Source of the DNA: Eledone cirrhosa
Lineage: Eukaryota
Assembly (NCBI GenBank): GCA_964016885.1
Contig: OZ024755.1
Location: 20,956,001-21,020,000, forward strand
DNA: 64,000 nucleotides
Reading direction: 5' to 3'
Below the pieces are notes generated by a model, which saw only the letters and a list, made by a program, of their open reading frames with translations, had not been told where the DNA came from and made no database searches. A program made the position numbers and the translations under genes. Of the stretch, positions 13,179 through 26,729 are shown piece by piece; positions within the stretch are counted from its first letter, which is position 1, and every line of letters begins with the position of its first letter.

Positions 13179-13325
13179 TAATAAAGACTTTTGATGTATT
13201 GAAGGCTTCTTTGTTTTACTTTCTTAATTCTTCGGCTCTGTTTAACTACATTGAGCTATACCTTTTACTGTCATTTCTATAATACGAAGAGGGTGTTTAA
13301 CTCCAACACGCTCCAGTATTTTAAC

Positions 13326-13386
<61 letters not shown>

Positions 13387-13650
13387 TTGTAGCAAGCGGA
13401 ATGAAATTTGAGTCTCATAATCTTTGATGAAGTTGTGGCACAGAGAATATCAAATACTAAGTCATGGCACCTACTTCAAAAATCTGTGCACTTCTAATAT
13501 TTCCTTAAAATAAACCCTGCCATTCCTGTTAGATGTCCTTTGAAGAAAATGAAAACATATCAGATTCCCTGATTTATTGCATATATAAACATTAGGGTTA
13601 GGTTTCTTTGACCAGCTCTTGTGAGTGTTTGTATATATATATATATATAT

Positions 13651-14077
13651 GCAAAAGTTTTATTTAAAATTGTTGGGTTACAACGAGTAAATATTTTATA
13701 ACTGATATAAAAGCACTCAACAAGTTTTGGAGTATTTTACGATATTAAACAAATGGAAACTACGTTTATAAAACCATATATATTTCAGGGATATCATATT
13801 AAAAATATGGTATGCCCTCTTCAGACAAAATACAATATATAAACAGTTTTATAAATAAATTTGACATACCTTAAAACTTTACAACTTCCATTTAAAAAAG
13901 TTGTTATTTAAATGGAAGTTGTAAAGTTTTAAGGTATGTCAAATTTATTTATAAAACTGTTTATATATTGTATTTTGTCTGAAGAGGGCATACCATATTT
14001 TTAATGATATCCCTGAAATATATATAATGAAATAAATATGGTTTTATAAACGTAGTTTCCATTTGTTTAATATCGTA
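13651..14077 (-). mobile_element. Fold-back hammerhead-bearing insert, family B copy 1, in (TA)n
   Basis: Arms 13738-13896 / 13907-14077; ~85-bp tail (aaattgttgggttacaac...) shared with 39631, 26190 and 43470. Confidence 0.75.
13972..14033 (+). ncRNA. Minimal hammerhead ribozyme, family B
   Basis: AUUUUGU-CUGAAGA-stem II (GGGCAUACCAU...AUGAUAUCCCU)-GAA-AUAUAUAU-A-AUGAAAU, overlapping AATAAA. Confidence 0.7.
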
Positions 14078-14290
14078 TATATATATATTTTTTTTTTTTT
14101 CCAACTATCTATTGTCTATGATACCTTAAAAGGTATTTTAATATTAATATATATATTAATACTTAGGGTAAATATTGATACAATTCAACGCAAGAACTTA
14201 ATGTCATGTTGCTTCTTCCAAATAAGAATGACGGAGTATATTTAGAAAATGCGAGTTTCCTTATTCTTTCTTTCTCTCTCTCTCTCTATA

Positions 14291-14445
14291 TATATTATAA
14301 AGAGTTGGGACTAGCTGTTGAAACGGCAAGGGCTCAGCCGTCGGGCAAGGTCTCAACTCTTTATAATATAATCATACTCCACTACCCCAAGTGTCGAGTA
14401 CTCTTGTGAGTAATGGTCTAACTAGTTTTAAACTGAATCCATCCT
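14291..14445 (+). mobile_element. 5'-truncated insert with the 3' half of a hammerhead (family C) and a 17-bp inversion
   Basis: GAA-ACGGC aagggcuca GCCGU-C-GGGC at 14320-14346; inverted repeat 14291-14307 / 14354-14370; downstream similarity to 54278-54320. Confidence 0.55.
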
Positions 14446-14690
14446 CACACACACATTACAAATATATATACATATAATTACATGACAAAAAACACCCAGT
14501 CCACACTGTAAAGTGGTTGGTGTTAGGAAGGGCATCCATCCGTAGAAAACCTGCCAGAGACAGGTCTGTATGACCAAGACACGGTCTCTTGACCAATCTT
14601 GCCTCAAGTGGGACAAAACCGTCCAACCCATGCTAGTGTGGAAGATGGACATTAAACGATGATGATGATATATATTTAATATAGAAATCG

Positions 14691-14733
14691 CTTCTACCAG
14701 ACTAGAATTGTTTCATTCGAAGGAAATCATCAG
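14691..14733 (-). ncRNA. Truncated/degenerate hammerhead motif
   Basis: Minus strand CUGAUGA-UUUC cuuc GAAU-GAA-ACaauucuaGU-C-UGGUAGAAG; the 5' strand of stem I is missing at the TA junction; related fragment at 12626-12672. Confidence 0.4.
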
Positions 14734-14734
14734 G

Positions 14735-14792
<58 letters not shown>

Positions 14793-14883
14793 CATATATA
14801 TATATTTTTAACATAAAAACAGGTAGAATTCCCAAAACTAATCAGATCAGAGCAAACAGCACGGACACTCTATCTCAAAATTA

Positions 14884-14920
14884 TTTTTGAAAAGCATTTA
14901 GAAATGCGCAACCGGTAAAA
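14884..14920 (+). ncRNA. Degenerate minimal hammerhead motif
   Basis: UUU-UUGAAAA-GCAUU uaga AAUGC-GCA-ACCGGU-A-AAA: perfect stem II, palindromic ACCGGU, three core substitutions; lies in an insert between TA tracts (~14810-15041). Confidence 0.4.
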
Positions 14921-15038
14921 ACTTCAAAACTTAAAACCACAACTGAATACTAACCCATACAATCACTAATACTCTTTTATTCCTAATTAAACCATTTTTC
15001 AACTGTGAACAATTTGTCAGCATTTTCTATTCCGTTTA

Positions 15039-15085
<47 letters not shown>

Positions 15086-17120
15086 TGATGATTTAGTTTT
15101 AAAGAATAAAAACTGATGATAAAATAAAAAGTATATTCTTAAAAAATGAGGGCTGCCCTTCTCCGAGGGTGTGTAACCTTAAGGTATAGCTTATTTAGCT
15201 CATAGATAAGTCCAGCACTGTGGATTAGTGCAATTGTTTGCAAAACGGTATCTGTTGTGTTTCCGTGTGTCAGGAGTTAAAAATAATTGACATTACATAA
15301 GAGAAGGGGGCCCCCTATCTTCCATTAAAACATCCAAGAACACCCCACCCCTACCATCATGTGATGCAACTTGATAGGTGGTCAGTTAAACCTATGTAGG
15401 TGTGAGACTTATCAATAAAGTACACTGTATAATTATAGTATTTCCCTTGTACCCACTAAATTTTATGACAAAAATCTGCCTACGTCATATATGCTGTAGG
15501 TATGAATACATTCCATGAACAATTAACTATAGTTGAATACTTAAATAGACGTGAATAGTTTATTTCAATAGCAATATTAATACTTTTCTTCTCAAAACAT
15601 AACTAGACATAACCATTTACATTGCTCCCTAAATCGTATAAATTATAGGTCACAGACATGGAAGAAAAGAATTTGTGAAGATAGAAAAATTGCAGTTCAG
15701 CCCAGAGCAAAATAATAACTGTTTTGTATTTGGAATAATAATATAGTTATTTTTAAATATCAGGTTGAATTTTTGTGCAATAAAAAATCTCTTTTTTCCC
15801 CAAACTTTTTCTTCTTGAAGTAGTATATACTCTACGAGTCACCCAAAGAATATGGCAATCAATAGGAAATGAGTTTTCACTGTTGTGCCTTGTGGTAAGA
15901 TTGTTGGACTTATGATCATAATGTTGTGGGGTTGATTCCTGAACTGGGTTGTCTGTTGTGTTCTTGAGCAAACCACTTCATTTCATGTTGCTGCTCTATA
16001 CTCAGCTGAAAATGAGTACCAGCAATAGCTGGGAGGTTTAATCCTCCAATAGACTGGCGTCCTGTCTGGGGGGGGGGGGGGGGTTGTCAAGGGGTGTTGT
16101 TAGGGCCTCGCAGACAAAATTTTTTCCCAAAATGAACGTTGCATGGTTGCTGTGGGGCCTTAGTTTCTGGGCCCTGGAACAAAGTACTGGCTGCCTTTCA
16201 TAGGCTCTGTTCACAATTGCTTAATGCCATGGAAACCAGGATAAACACTGGCTTGAGAAAGACATTTATACATTGCTGTGAGCAACTCTTTAGAAAGGCT
16301 GTTAAAGAGTTGGTAGACGACACTGAATGATATAATATCATCTTGCATACATTAATTTTGACTCTTCTTATTAATAACCACATTCTTTCTTTTCAGGTAC
16401 TATGTTGAAAAATAAACCTCATTTGATTTTTCCATGAGAGTGTCTGGGTCAGCCTATGAACTTTTCAGTTAACCCACATAAGTCAGACAATCTCTACAAT
16501 ACATATTGTCTTGTGTACACTGTCTGAATAACAAGTCATGGCGAGAATGTTTTTGATCAAAGGTTTGCCTAACCTGAACTGATATGGGGTTAATCTAGTC
16601 ATCTAACTCTGCCGTCTGCCAGATCACCCAACAACAATTAGAATGGAGACAGTAAAAATCAAAGACATAACTTGATCTCAGGCTATCTATGAGTAGATAA
16701 AATTAAACCATCACCGACTTATTATTCCTGTCCCAGAATATCAGACTTAATAGAAACATACTCTGCGGAGATTTCAGTTTCTTAGCTCCTATAAAAGTAA
16801 GTTGGCGTTCCAGTTTACTGGGGCATCTTGGTACACATAACTAGATTTTGGAGGTTTCCCCCACCTGACTCGTTATTCAGCTAAAGATAGCTCTCTCTCT
16901 CTGCCTTTCTATCTGTCTGTCTCTCTTTTTCTTTTCCTCTTTGTCTATCTGTCTACTGTCCCTCTCTGTCTTCCTCTTACTCCCTCCGTACGTCTGTCTC
17001 CATTAATGTATGTAGCGACACGTGTTTATATATGCCCATGTTATCGTGTTGTTACATGATATATATTAATTATTATGTTAAAAACTACATTGTAGATATG
17101 TATTAAAAGTTGTTACAAAC

Positions 17121-17686
17121 TGGCGGCGAATTAGCATAGAATGCTTTGTGGTATTCGTTCTGACCCTCTGTTCTCTGAGTTCAAATCCTGCCGAGGTCAA
17201 CTTTGCCTTTCATCCATTCGAGGTCGATAAAAAAGTACCAGTCAAGTACTGGGTCGATTCTTCCTCTATATCTCTTTCTCACTCTCTCTAGCCTTCTCTG
17301 GAAGAAATCCGTTGTAATCAGATCTGGAGAGGTGATGGCCTCCATCAGGTTTTAAAATACTCTAGAAACGTCATATGTCCATATGTTGCCCCTACGACTC
17401 CCTCGGGGTTTACAGGACCATGCATGCATTGTATGAAATGTTGTTGCTGCAACATGTATTTGCATTATGGCATGGGTCCCGTAACTGCTAAGGGAATCGT
17501 AAAGGCTCCATGTTGGCAATCGGCGTTTCTTGGGTATTTTAAAACCTGACGAAGTCCATCTCCTCTTCAGGTCTGAATATAGCAATTTCTCGCAGAGAAA
17601 GATAGTCAGAGAATGGAAATGAGAAAGAGATATAGAGGAAGAAACGACCCAGTACTTGACTGCTACTTTTTTTTTTTTATCGACTT
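17121..17686. mobile_element. Two CCATA-tailed composite SINEs arranged tail-to-tail (diverged inverted repeat)
   Basis: gtcgataaaaaagtaccagtcaagtactgggtcg...ggaccatg (+) mirrored by catgggtcc...cgacccagtacttgactgctactttttttatcgac (-). Confidence 0.7.
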
Positions 17687-20600
17687 AGTAAATCCAATTG
17701 GATTTGATAAAATCCAAGAAATGTAATGTGCTAGTGCATTATATTTAATATCTACGTGGCTAAGTGTCTAGTTGTCAGACAGAAATATTGTATATAAAAA
17801 CCATCAAACCGTCGTCATTTGTTCTACTATAATACAGTACATTTTAATATGTATCCGTTTATACTTTTATACTTTTCTCTGTGAGTTTTATTTTCAGTCT
17901 GGAATTTCCCGTCGCCTTCTTTTATATATTTTTCTCTTCCTTAAACCACTCCTCTGCCATGTTTTTTCTCTCTCTTTCTCTTCCTTAGACCTCTTTCTTC
18001 TCTCATTTTCTCTTTCTTTCTCTGCCTTCCCGTTTCTTTTTCTCTCCCCCTCTCGCCTACCAACTTCCTTTTTTTTTGCTTTGTCTCTCGTCTTTTATCT
18101 CAATAAAAACATTACTATCAGCTGTTTTATTTTATTTTATTAATTTTTTTACCATCATCGTAACTTTAAACACTTCCTCTAACCATCTCACGAACCTAAC
18201 CTAAACCATTGGTAGCACCACTACCACCGACAACTTTAATGCTACACCATTACACACACACCCACCACTAGCTCCTCTACCACAGGCACCACTACAATAC
18301 TACACCATACATTACACACACAACGACCACCACCTCTAACATCTCTACCACCAACATCACTACAATACTATATCTCTACCACCAACACCACTATCATTAT
18401 AACTAGCAACCAATTATCAACATCGAATGTGCTAGATTAATGTTATTATTGTAACCATATTAAATATGGGTGTTAACTAATATGTGTATATATATATTGT
18501 GTATATATATATTGTGTATATATCAACTTCATTTGTGTATATATATATTGTGTTTATATTGTTATATAGATACATGCGTAAGAGCACGTACGTCATTATA
18601 AGCTTGTAAACATTCTCACGTATATATATATAGAGATATACACACACACACACACATACACACATACATATAGACATACACACACACACAGATATGTGTG
18701 TGTCGGTGCCCCAGCATGGCCTCAGGCAGTCGGCTAGAACTCGTAATAGAGTAATGCGTGTGTTTTCAAATATTATGTTATAAATATTGTAGATGTCTCT
18801 CTTTGTATGTAAGCGTGTGTTTATGTTTTATACATTTAAAAAAATCCATGATGTATGTAAGAGTTGGAATTTAGTGAGTTAGAACGGTTGTTGATAACTC
18901 TAATAATGCGGATCACTCATTTGGTCAGTTCTAAAGATATTATTTTGTCTCCCCCCCCCCCTCTCTTGTACTGTAAACACTCCTACAACCATACTTGATC
19001 GACTGTTTTGAAAGCACTCTCACTCCTCACACTTATCCTCCCCTCCCTCCTCTTCACAAATGCATATAAACATAAACATAAACACTGACATGTAGATAAT
19101 TAGATCTACGTAGACACACATATATATATATATATATATACATACAAAGATACGCGTGTGTAAACACACACACATATATATAAACACATACGGAGACACA
19201 GACAGACACACACACACATATATAAACATATGTAGACAGATATCTATCTATCCATCTATATATATATATATACATACACACACACATACGTAGACTGACA
19301 TATATACACACATACATACATACATATATATATATATATGCAAACGCACACATACGTATATTACATTACAATCAGCTTTGTACAACCACGAGGACAAAAG
19401 ATTTCCTCACTCTGGAAATATATAAATATACGGTGTATATTTATAACACACACACACACATATATATACGTACAGATAAATACATGTATTTTATATTGAT
19501 ATATATTATAAATGAGACTCACAATTAATTAAAAACTGGAAGCTAAGGTAAGTGTTATCTTTATTCTGTTTCATATTTTCAAGTATGTACACAAAAACAG
19601 AAAGCACTTGCTGTGTTTGTTGTTGTTTACAAATATATATTCTTCATTGAAAGAAAAACACGAACATTACATTAAAAAGTTATACAATATAAATAATTGC
19701 GCGACCGTTAATTTCTCTGTGATGTTTGTATTATTCTTGTGGTTATAGTAGAAATCATTATATATATATTTAAAGGTTAAACAAGGTTCAATGAATAAAT
19801 CAAAGAATGTGTTTTACAATAGATTGGAAGCAATATATATATAGTGTGTGTGTGTGTGCATGCATGTATGTGTTAATGGATTTTGTTATTGTTACGATCA
19901 GTTCTTTCCGGGGAGCTTTATTGTGTATGCGTGTGTATGTATGTATGCATATATATATATATAAGACCCAGTACAAATTCGAAATTGAAAATACCATAAA
20001 ACCTTCAAGATAGTAAAATAAATGTTATTGTTTTGATGGGGCAAGATATGGCGGGGTTGATTGTCTGGCCAGGAATTTATACTGTATAAATCTAAAGAAG
20101 CGATTCTTTTCTTGAATGGAGATAGTTTCGAAAATTGAGTAGGGGGAGTCAGTTCCAGACAGCATTGATACTTATTGAGAAATGTTCGATATCTATCTTT
20201 ATTTATAGAATTTATGGTAGAAAGGAATGAAACGGGTGTTTGATGCGTTGCTTGGTTGGATCTGTTGGGGATAGTAAAGATATTAATAACAAAAATGTGA
20301 CTAGGATTGTTATTACAATCCTGACTAAGTTGAAACCCCCAGGGGTTCCCAGCAGATTTTTTTTTTTTTTTTTTTTTTCTTTTAGTGGGGTGGAAAACTA
20401 AGGTGCCATAAATGGGTCCCGAAATACTTGGAAGACCAGAAGGGCCCACCAGGAGTATTAATGGTTCAGAAAGTGACATCATTTATTGTTCAAGTTTAAT
20501 GATTCGTTTTTTTTTGTTTTTTTTTCTTTAAGAGATTGCAATTTGAATTTTATCAGATGTTCTGAGTTCGTGAAATTTGACATCTCAGCTATATTATGTT

Positions 20601-21850
20601 ACTGAACCTCTTCTATCCTATTTTTATTTTAAATATATGACGGGTTCCAAGTTTCTTTAGTATTCACTAGTTTTGTAATATATGAAACAATAAGTTTGTT
20701 TTTATTTAAGAACACTTTGAAAACTATTATTTTTTTATGGGTGGGTGGATGGGTGGTTCATTTGTGATGTTCGGGGTAGCTGGACTGTTGACAATGAGAT
20801 GTTTGTCATTGTTGCAGCTTGCCTTACTGAATGAAGTATCAGGTGATGTTCATGATGGAGCTTGGCTATTTCAGCCTTTTAGCGTCGCTATCACCTGGCT
20901 TTACTAAAATATCGAGTAATGCTCGCGTGGATGCTTGGCTATTCCAGCGACTCAGCATCGCTTTCACCAGCGGGATATTTCCGTGCGTGTATTAGCTAGT
21001 CTCAAACATTTATAGAAGGAAACACCAGCATTCCTTGTTGTGTACACGTCTTCTCTCATTTCTTTTTTCCCTGATGAATTTTTATCGATTTTTCTCTTCT
21101 GTAAACCAAAATTCATTATATAAGTTGTGCTTGTATGTCAATCACACTTATTGCTACTTTGAAAAATTATTGAAGATATAAACTTAGCTTTTTGGGGAAA
21201 TTTCCTAACACTATTAAATTTTCAATCATTAGAAATAATTATTCCTAAATAATTATTAATTATAAAACCCGAATGTAATGGGGAAAAAAATCAAGTTCAT
21301 ATTGTTTTGGGGGTATTTTCATACGCCAAATATAACAGTATGTTTGGACATAGTAGTTTTGAGTTGTACCGAATTTACCTTATTCTTTTACGGGTTTCCG
21401 TCGTTAGACTGTAGCAATGCTGAGATACCGCCTTGAAAGGATTTAGTCGATAATATCGATCTCAGTACTTACTTTCTCTAGACTGATACCTATTTTATCG
21501 ATCTCTTTTTGTCGAACCGCTAACAAATATACACACACAAACATTCAATGGGTTTACACATAGTTTCTGTTTACCAAATTTCATTCATAAGACATTAGTC
21601 AACCCGAGGCTATGACATGACATTTTTCCAAGGTACGTGCTGTAGGATTTGAATAATATTTTCAAAATCAACATCGTCATTCATTTTACGCTGAGAACCT
21701 GATTTCATTGAGGCTAATCTGATAGCTAGCTGATGTCATTGATATGACTAAGAAAGAGAACTGAACCCAAAATACTGCCTCGAAGGAAGAGCTGGTGCTA
21801 CCATTAAGGCCAACTAGGGAGTTACTTAGAGCACAGACCTTAGAGAGATA

Positions 21851-21993
21851 CATTACTGAACCTTAAAGGATCATTAGGCAGCTACTGACAGCACATACCC
21901 CAGAAAGGTGCATTACTGAACCTTAAAGGATCATTAGGCAGCTACTTACAGCACATACCCCAGAAAGGTGCATTACTGAACCTTAAAGGATCA
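21851..21993 (+). repeat. 60-bp tandem repeat, ~2.4 copies
   Basis: cattactgaaccttaaaggatca at 21851, 21911 and 21971. Confidence 0.9.
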
Positions 21994-22174
21994 GTTTTAT
22001 CCATATTTCTATAATAAAATATAAAATAATCTCTTGCAATCAATAAATCACTAATCATCTTTACTCCGTAGCAGTGTTGTGGAAATGTTCAAAGTGGTGC
22101 ATGATTTGGCGTAGGTGAATGTTGACTGTGTAGTAGAATATACAGGCTTTGTAAATAATTTTCTTTGTGGCCAG

Positions 22175-22400
22175 AGCACTCATTTGACCACGGTCGAATA
22201 TTTCTGACAAAGTCTCTCCACAATTCAAGATTTATTCATTGCTCTTGGCAACTGCTCCTACTGAGGTTTGTATCGTCTAAGAATTGATCAAGTTGGATCA
22301 GGTCTTCCTCTATTGCATCTCCTGTGAGTTGATTCCCACAATAGTAGTAACTTGGGTATAACTTTCTGCTTATTTCTCCAGCAATGTCCTGCAAGAAGTT
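22175..22400 (-). mobile_element. Old RTE-like LINE ORF C-terminal fragment
   Basis: Minus strand, frameshifted: LLLWESTHRRCNRGRP...QFLDDTNL...LWRDFVRNIR. Confidence 0.45.
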
Positions 22401-22822
22401 TCAAAAACTAGGTTTCTCACTTTACCAAACTTATTTTGTTTGGGAAAATGGGATGCATATTATAGGTCTATCCCAAAGAAAGAGGATTGAGCTCAAAACA
22501 CTGGCACGAGGGTCACCACTTTCGACTTGAAGAAGGAACTGCCTGCATAATGAACGAATTAGATATATGAAGTGTTCGCTGTATGGAGACAGGGAAGGCC
22601 ATAGATCAATGGGAGTACGCGATGTATGTTTAGATACAGAGCTGATAGATTTATAAGTAACATCACAACGGTTTTTATTATTTTTAAGTTCTATTAGATA
22701 ATCTTCTTTCGATGATGATGATGATAACTTTACACACACACACATACATACACACAACTCTATTTTAACGATTCTTTTCTGCACCCCCCCCTCTCTATGT
22801 GTGTGTATAAATTCTCATTCTT

Positions 22823-22857
22823 TCTTCTGATAAAAGACTAGCGCCGAAACGTTAAGA
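22823..22857 (+). ncRNA. Degenerate hammerhead motif (relative of 35216-35253)
   Basis: UCUU-CUGAUAA-A-agacuagcgcc-GAA-ACGU-U-AAGA; G8>A and stem II decayed. Confidence 0.45.
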
Positions 22858-24479
22858 CCCTCTTCCTGTTATTTCAATGTACCGATTGTGTTGTTATTTC
22901 TGTTTACCTTTTACATGTATATATAATTATTCCACAATCATCGAGAGAGCAGGACGTCTATAAATTGCAGGTGGAAATATGTAGTAGACATATGCAAATA
23001 TAGTTAGTGCATTTTTCTCTGTCTTCTCTGCACGACTACATAACTCTATTCACCAAAAAAAGTTAAGGAGGTTGTGAAAACAATATCGTGCTAAATTTTT
23101 TGATTTGTATATTTTTGTTTACATGGTTTCTTTTTACACCAAAATCTAAACATCTGAAATATTTTTACCTTCCTCTACCTTCATCATCATCATCATCATC
23201 GTCATCATCGTCGTGGTCGGCGACTTTGTCATCATCATCATCATTAACAAAAATCCGACAACAGTCATACTGATAACAACAGTTAACATATTAAAATAAA
23301 GGACCGCAAAAATAACAACAGCAAACAACTCCATGTCTGTGACGTCATAATGACTATTGGATTGAGGGTCTGTTTTATAAAACATTCGTTAGAAACATAA
23401 ACATATTGTATAACATTGCCTTATATACCAGATTCAACAGGCTTTTTTCAACCTGTTGGCCTCAAATGATGTGGCTCTTCATAAGACTAGTAAAAAATTC
23501 AAGACACTTTTGAAAATATGGGTGCCATTCAGATAGATAGTCAAACGGGCCGCATGAAGTTTATCCATGACTGGACTGCAGTGTGGAAAACACTATACTC
23601 TAATTACATTCAACTACACTTATTTTATTTATACCAGCCAAATGAGGGAACAAACGTTTACAGCAGTGGTTCGTATCTTTTTTTTTATTCTATCCCCCTT
23701 CACGGCACCTAAAAAAAAAGAAACATTCACGCGTTTTTGGTATTAAAAAGATATGTAAAATTTGGAAATTTACAAAAAAAGTTCAATAATAGAATGATTT
23801 TTTTTTTTTGATTTTTTTTTTTTTTTATTGCTGAATTTTGAAATTGCCTCTCTAAATATAAATATTCAAATTTTCCCCCGTAGAAGTGCAAGTTCATGTT
23901 TTGAATTACTGTTCTATATAGTAACCCGACTTGCTAGAAACAACAACATTATATATTAGCTAATGTAGTCCTAGAGACACCCTCAATCCTACAAAGATAA
24001 GACAGTCAAGATTTTAATGTCTTTGTTTATCAGTCTCTCTCGATCAGAGCTGATCGGGAGCAAAGCACCACCACCACCACCAACAATAACACCATTATCA
24101 TCATTACTATCACAGTCACCACAACAAAGCCCTTAACACTTTTCTCGGATAACACCATCAACATCAACACCATCAGTAGCAACAACAACAACACCACCAA
24201 CAACAACACCATCTCCGCCACCACCACTATCACCAACAACACCTCGACTCATCAGCAGTAACAGCAATAAGTGATTTGTTGCAAAGAAAAAACTAAAAAT
24301 AACCGTGACGGTGTTAAACGTCATTAACGATCGACTTGTAAACATCGATAATATTTAGAAGCCACATAAACAATGTAAAAACTGCAGCAAACACTTATAA
24401 TAACTTACCAACAGCAAGAAACTGTTCTAATAACACGACCACCAACATAGAAGATATAAACAATATATATCTATAACTG

Positions 24480-24785
24480 AAGGTGCGTTATGGTCATCCG
24501 TAAGGTTGTGAGTTTGAATCTCGGGTGGTGTCATGTGTTCTTGAGCAAGACACTTTATTTTACGTTCCTCCAGTTTACTCAGCTGTAGAAATGAGTTGTG
24601 ACGTCACTGGTGCCAAGCTCTATTGGCCATTAGCTTTCCCTTGGACAGCATCGGTGGAGAGGGGAGATTGATATGTATGGACGATTGCTGGTCTTCCACC
24701 AAACACACGTTGCCCAGGCTTGTTCTTCAGATGGGGAACTTTCTTGGTGCAAAACCATGGTCATTCGTGACCAAAGGGGGCCTAC
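24480..24785 (+). mobile_element. CORE-like SINE with a distinct 3' tail
   Basis: aaggttgtgagtttgaatctcgg (B box), gtgttcttgagcaagacactttattttacgttcctccagtttactcagctg core. Confidence 0.65.
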
Positions 24786-25411
24786 GATATCTATAACTGT
24801 GTCATACCATAATATTACTATCAATAATTAGCATTGGTACCAGGCCAGCAATTTTAAAGACAGGGTAAATCGACCCCCCTCCCTCACCGAAAAGATGAAA
24901 GGCAAAGTTGACCTCGGTCGGAAAAATAGGGTTACGCATTTTCCGACGCTCCATCGATTCTGACAATCCACCGTCCGTACTAGTCATATTTACTGTTAAC
25001 ACTCTAGTTGTTTCACTATCTATCCATCCATCCATTTTCTGTGTAAAATCCCCGGCATGTCTTTGTATTGTCCCCTTTTCTTGTGCGCCCTTGTGGCAAA
25101 TAAAGAGATATATCTATCTATTTACCTACCCACCTACATACCTACCTACCTACCTTGTTATCTTGTTTATTCAACTTGATATTTGTTTATTTTTCTCTTT
25201 CTATCCTGCAAACAAAGTGCGTATTTATATTTGTTTGTCACTGGTGCTTTGTATTGTCTGAATATATTTCTATTCATTAACCAATCACCCTCACCGCAAC
25301 CACTATGACCTCCTTCACTTCCTACGGTAACCTCAGCTGTTGACTCAATTTTGAAACATTTCCGAAGCCACACCTACCCTGATATATATCCTAGTTAAGG
25401 AATGTCTAAAG

Positions 25412-25508
25412 CACTGGTTCCCAACCAGGGGGCCATGGCCCACCAGTGGGCATACTGTTTTGCTATATCATTAAGGTGGAATTTATTATAAAAGGTTGGG
25501 AACCGCTG
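25412..25508. mobile_element. hAT (Charlie/Buster-type) MITE, 97 bp
   Basis: TIRs cactggttcccaacc / ggttgggaaccgctg; perfect 8-bp TSD GTCTAAAG at 25404-25411 and 25509-25516. Confidence 0.9.
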
Positions 25509-25787
25509 GTCTAAAGGAACATTGACCCAAGTCAGCTTGGCTCTTTTCTCAGATATGTTTCCTTCTAAATTACATTATTTATAAGGACTAAGGCAAAAAT
25601 CGACTTTACGTACAGTATTATATAACTGTAAAGAAATGGATCTCCGCCTCTGCGTGAGTGTGAGCGCACACACAACACACATATATATGACATAACATGG
25701 ACTTTGTAATAAGTTGTGTTGCGTGATAATATTAGAGTGGGCCTGTTTCAGCCTGACAACTAGAACAGGTAAATGTGTGTGTGTATG

Positions 25788-25827
<40 letters not shown>

Positions 25828-25833
<6 letters not shown>

Positions 25834-26192
25834 ATATTAATAAATGGAAATTATATTTATAAAACCATATTTATTTTATTATATATATTCCAAGGGCAAC
25901 CAAGGCAAATTATGGTGCGCTTTCATCAGATAAAATACAGATTTGTTTTATAAATAAATATTGACATACCCGGAAAAAAAGACAACCTTAACGGTTGGAG
26001 CTTCCTGGATAGTGGAGATAATATTTTGTTGAGGGTAATACAAAGTTATGAGTGAGTATGCAAATGAGTGTCCGAAAAGTTGAAAAGGAATATATATATT
26101 GTGTATTTACTCCACTAATTGTTGAGTGCTTTATATCAGTTATAACAATGTTTAAGCTTGTTGAATCCCAACAAATTAAATATAACCTTTGC
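25828..26192. mobile_element. Family B insert, copy 2: inverted hammerhead segment plus + strand tail, in (TA)n
   Basis: Minus-strand hammerhead 25873-25936 (AUUUUAU-CUGAUGA-stem II-GGA-AUAUAUAU-A-AUAAAAU; A13>G); tail cccaacaaattaaatataaccttt. Confidence 0.7.
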
Positions 26193-26729
26193 ATATATAT
26201 ATTTATATATATATAAGGGTGAAATGGTAAATACGACGAAGAAAGTAATGTGCGACAAGGATGATGTGATTAGGAACGTCTCTTGTTCCCCACAATATTT
26301 TTTGGTGCATTGAATAACATGGACATGGCGATAGATAGATAGATGTGTGTGAGAGAAAGAGAGATTGTTTGTGAGATGATGGGGAAGAGAATGTGTGTGT
26401 GTATAATAGAGAGAGATGGTGAGGCAGAGGAAGAGAGATAGAAGTGGTGAGGGAGAGGAAGGGAGATTAATGTACACACACGTGCAGTCTGTATGTTATT
26501 ATATGTAAATATCGTATTTTCAATTGCCTCCATGTTCGTATGTATAATATAGATTTGTCAAACACGCACATGTTTGTTTGTGGGTATATATATATATATA
26601 ATACACTTGTTTAGCGCATCGGTAGGCGTTCTCCTACATGGATATAAAGTAGTGGCCGTACTCGAAAACGAGTTGGCAGCCACCATAATACAAGGACGAT
26701 TTGTTAAGCCTTAATTACGTTTATTGATT

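Larger units (their letters stand above)
12921..13329 (+). mobile_element. Fold-back Penelope-like pLTR-type insert in (TA)n
   Basis: 153-bp arms 12921-13073 / 13076-13228 (one mismatch seen), ~100-bp unique 3' extension, (TA)n on both sides, a hammerhead in each arm. Confidence 0.7.

Noticed and set aside
12968-13181. Twin 67-aa ORFs on opposite strands
   Set aside because: Automatic consequence of the palindrome
16385-16440. Splice acceptor ttctttcttttcAG at 16396
   Set aside because: No matching donor or open frame; a lone acceptor is common by chance
19898-20482. 194-aa ORF as possible PLE GIY-YIG or host exon
   Set aside because: No recognisable motif in frames examined; crosses a poly-T tract and microsatellite
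20900-21002. Possible Helitron 3' end (short hairpin then CTAG-T)
   Set aside because: Hairpin too weak and no 5' end or second copy in the window
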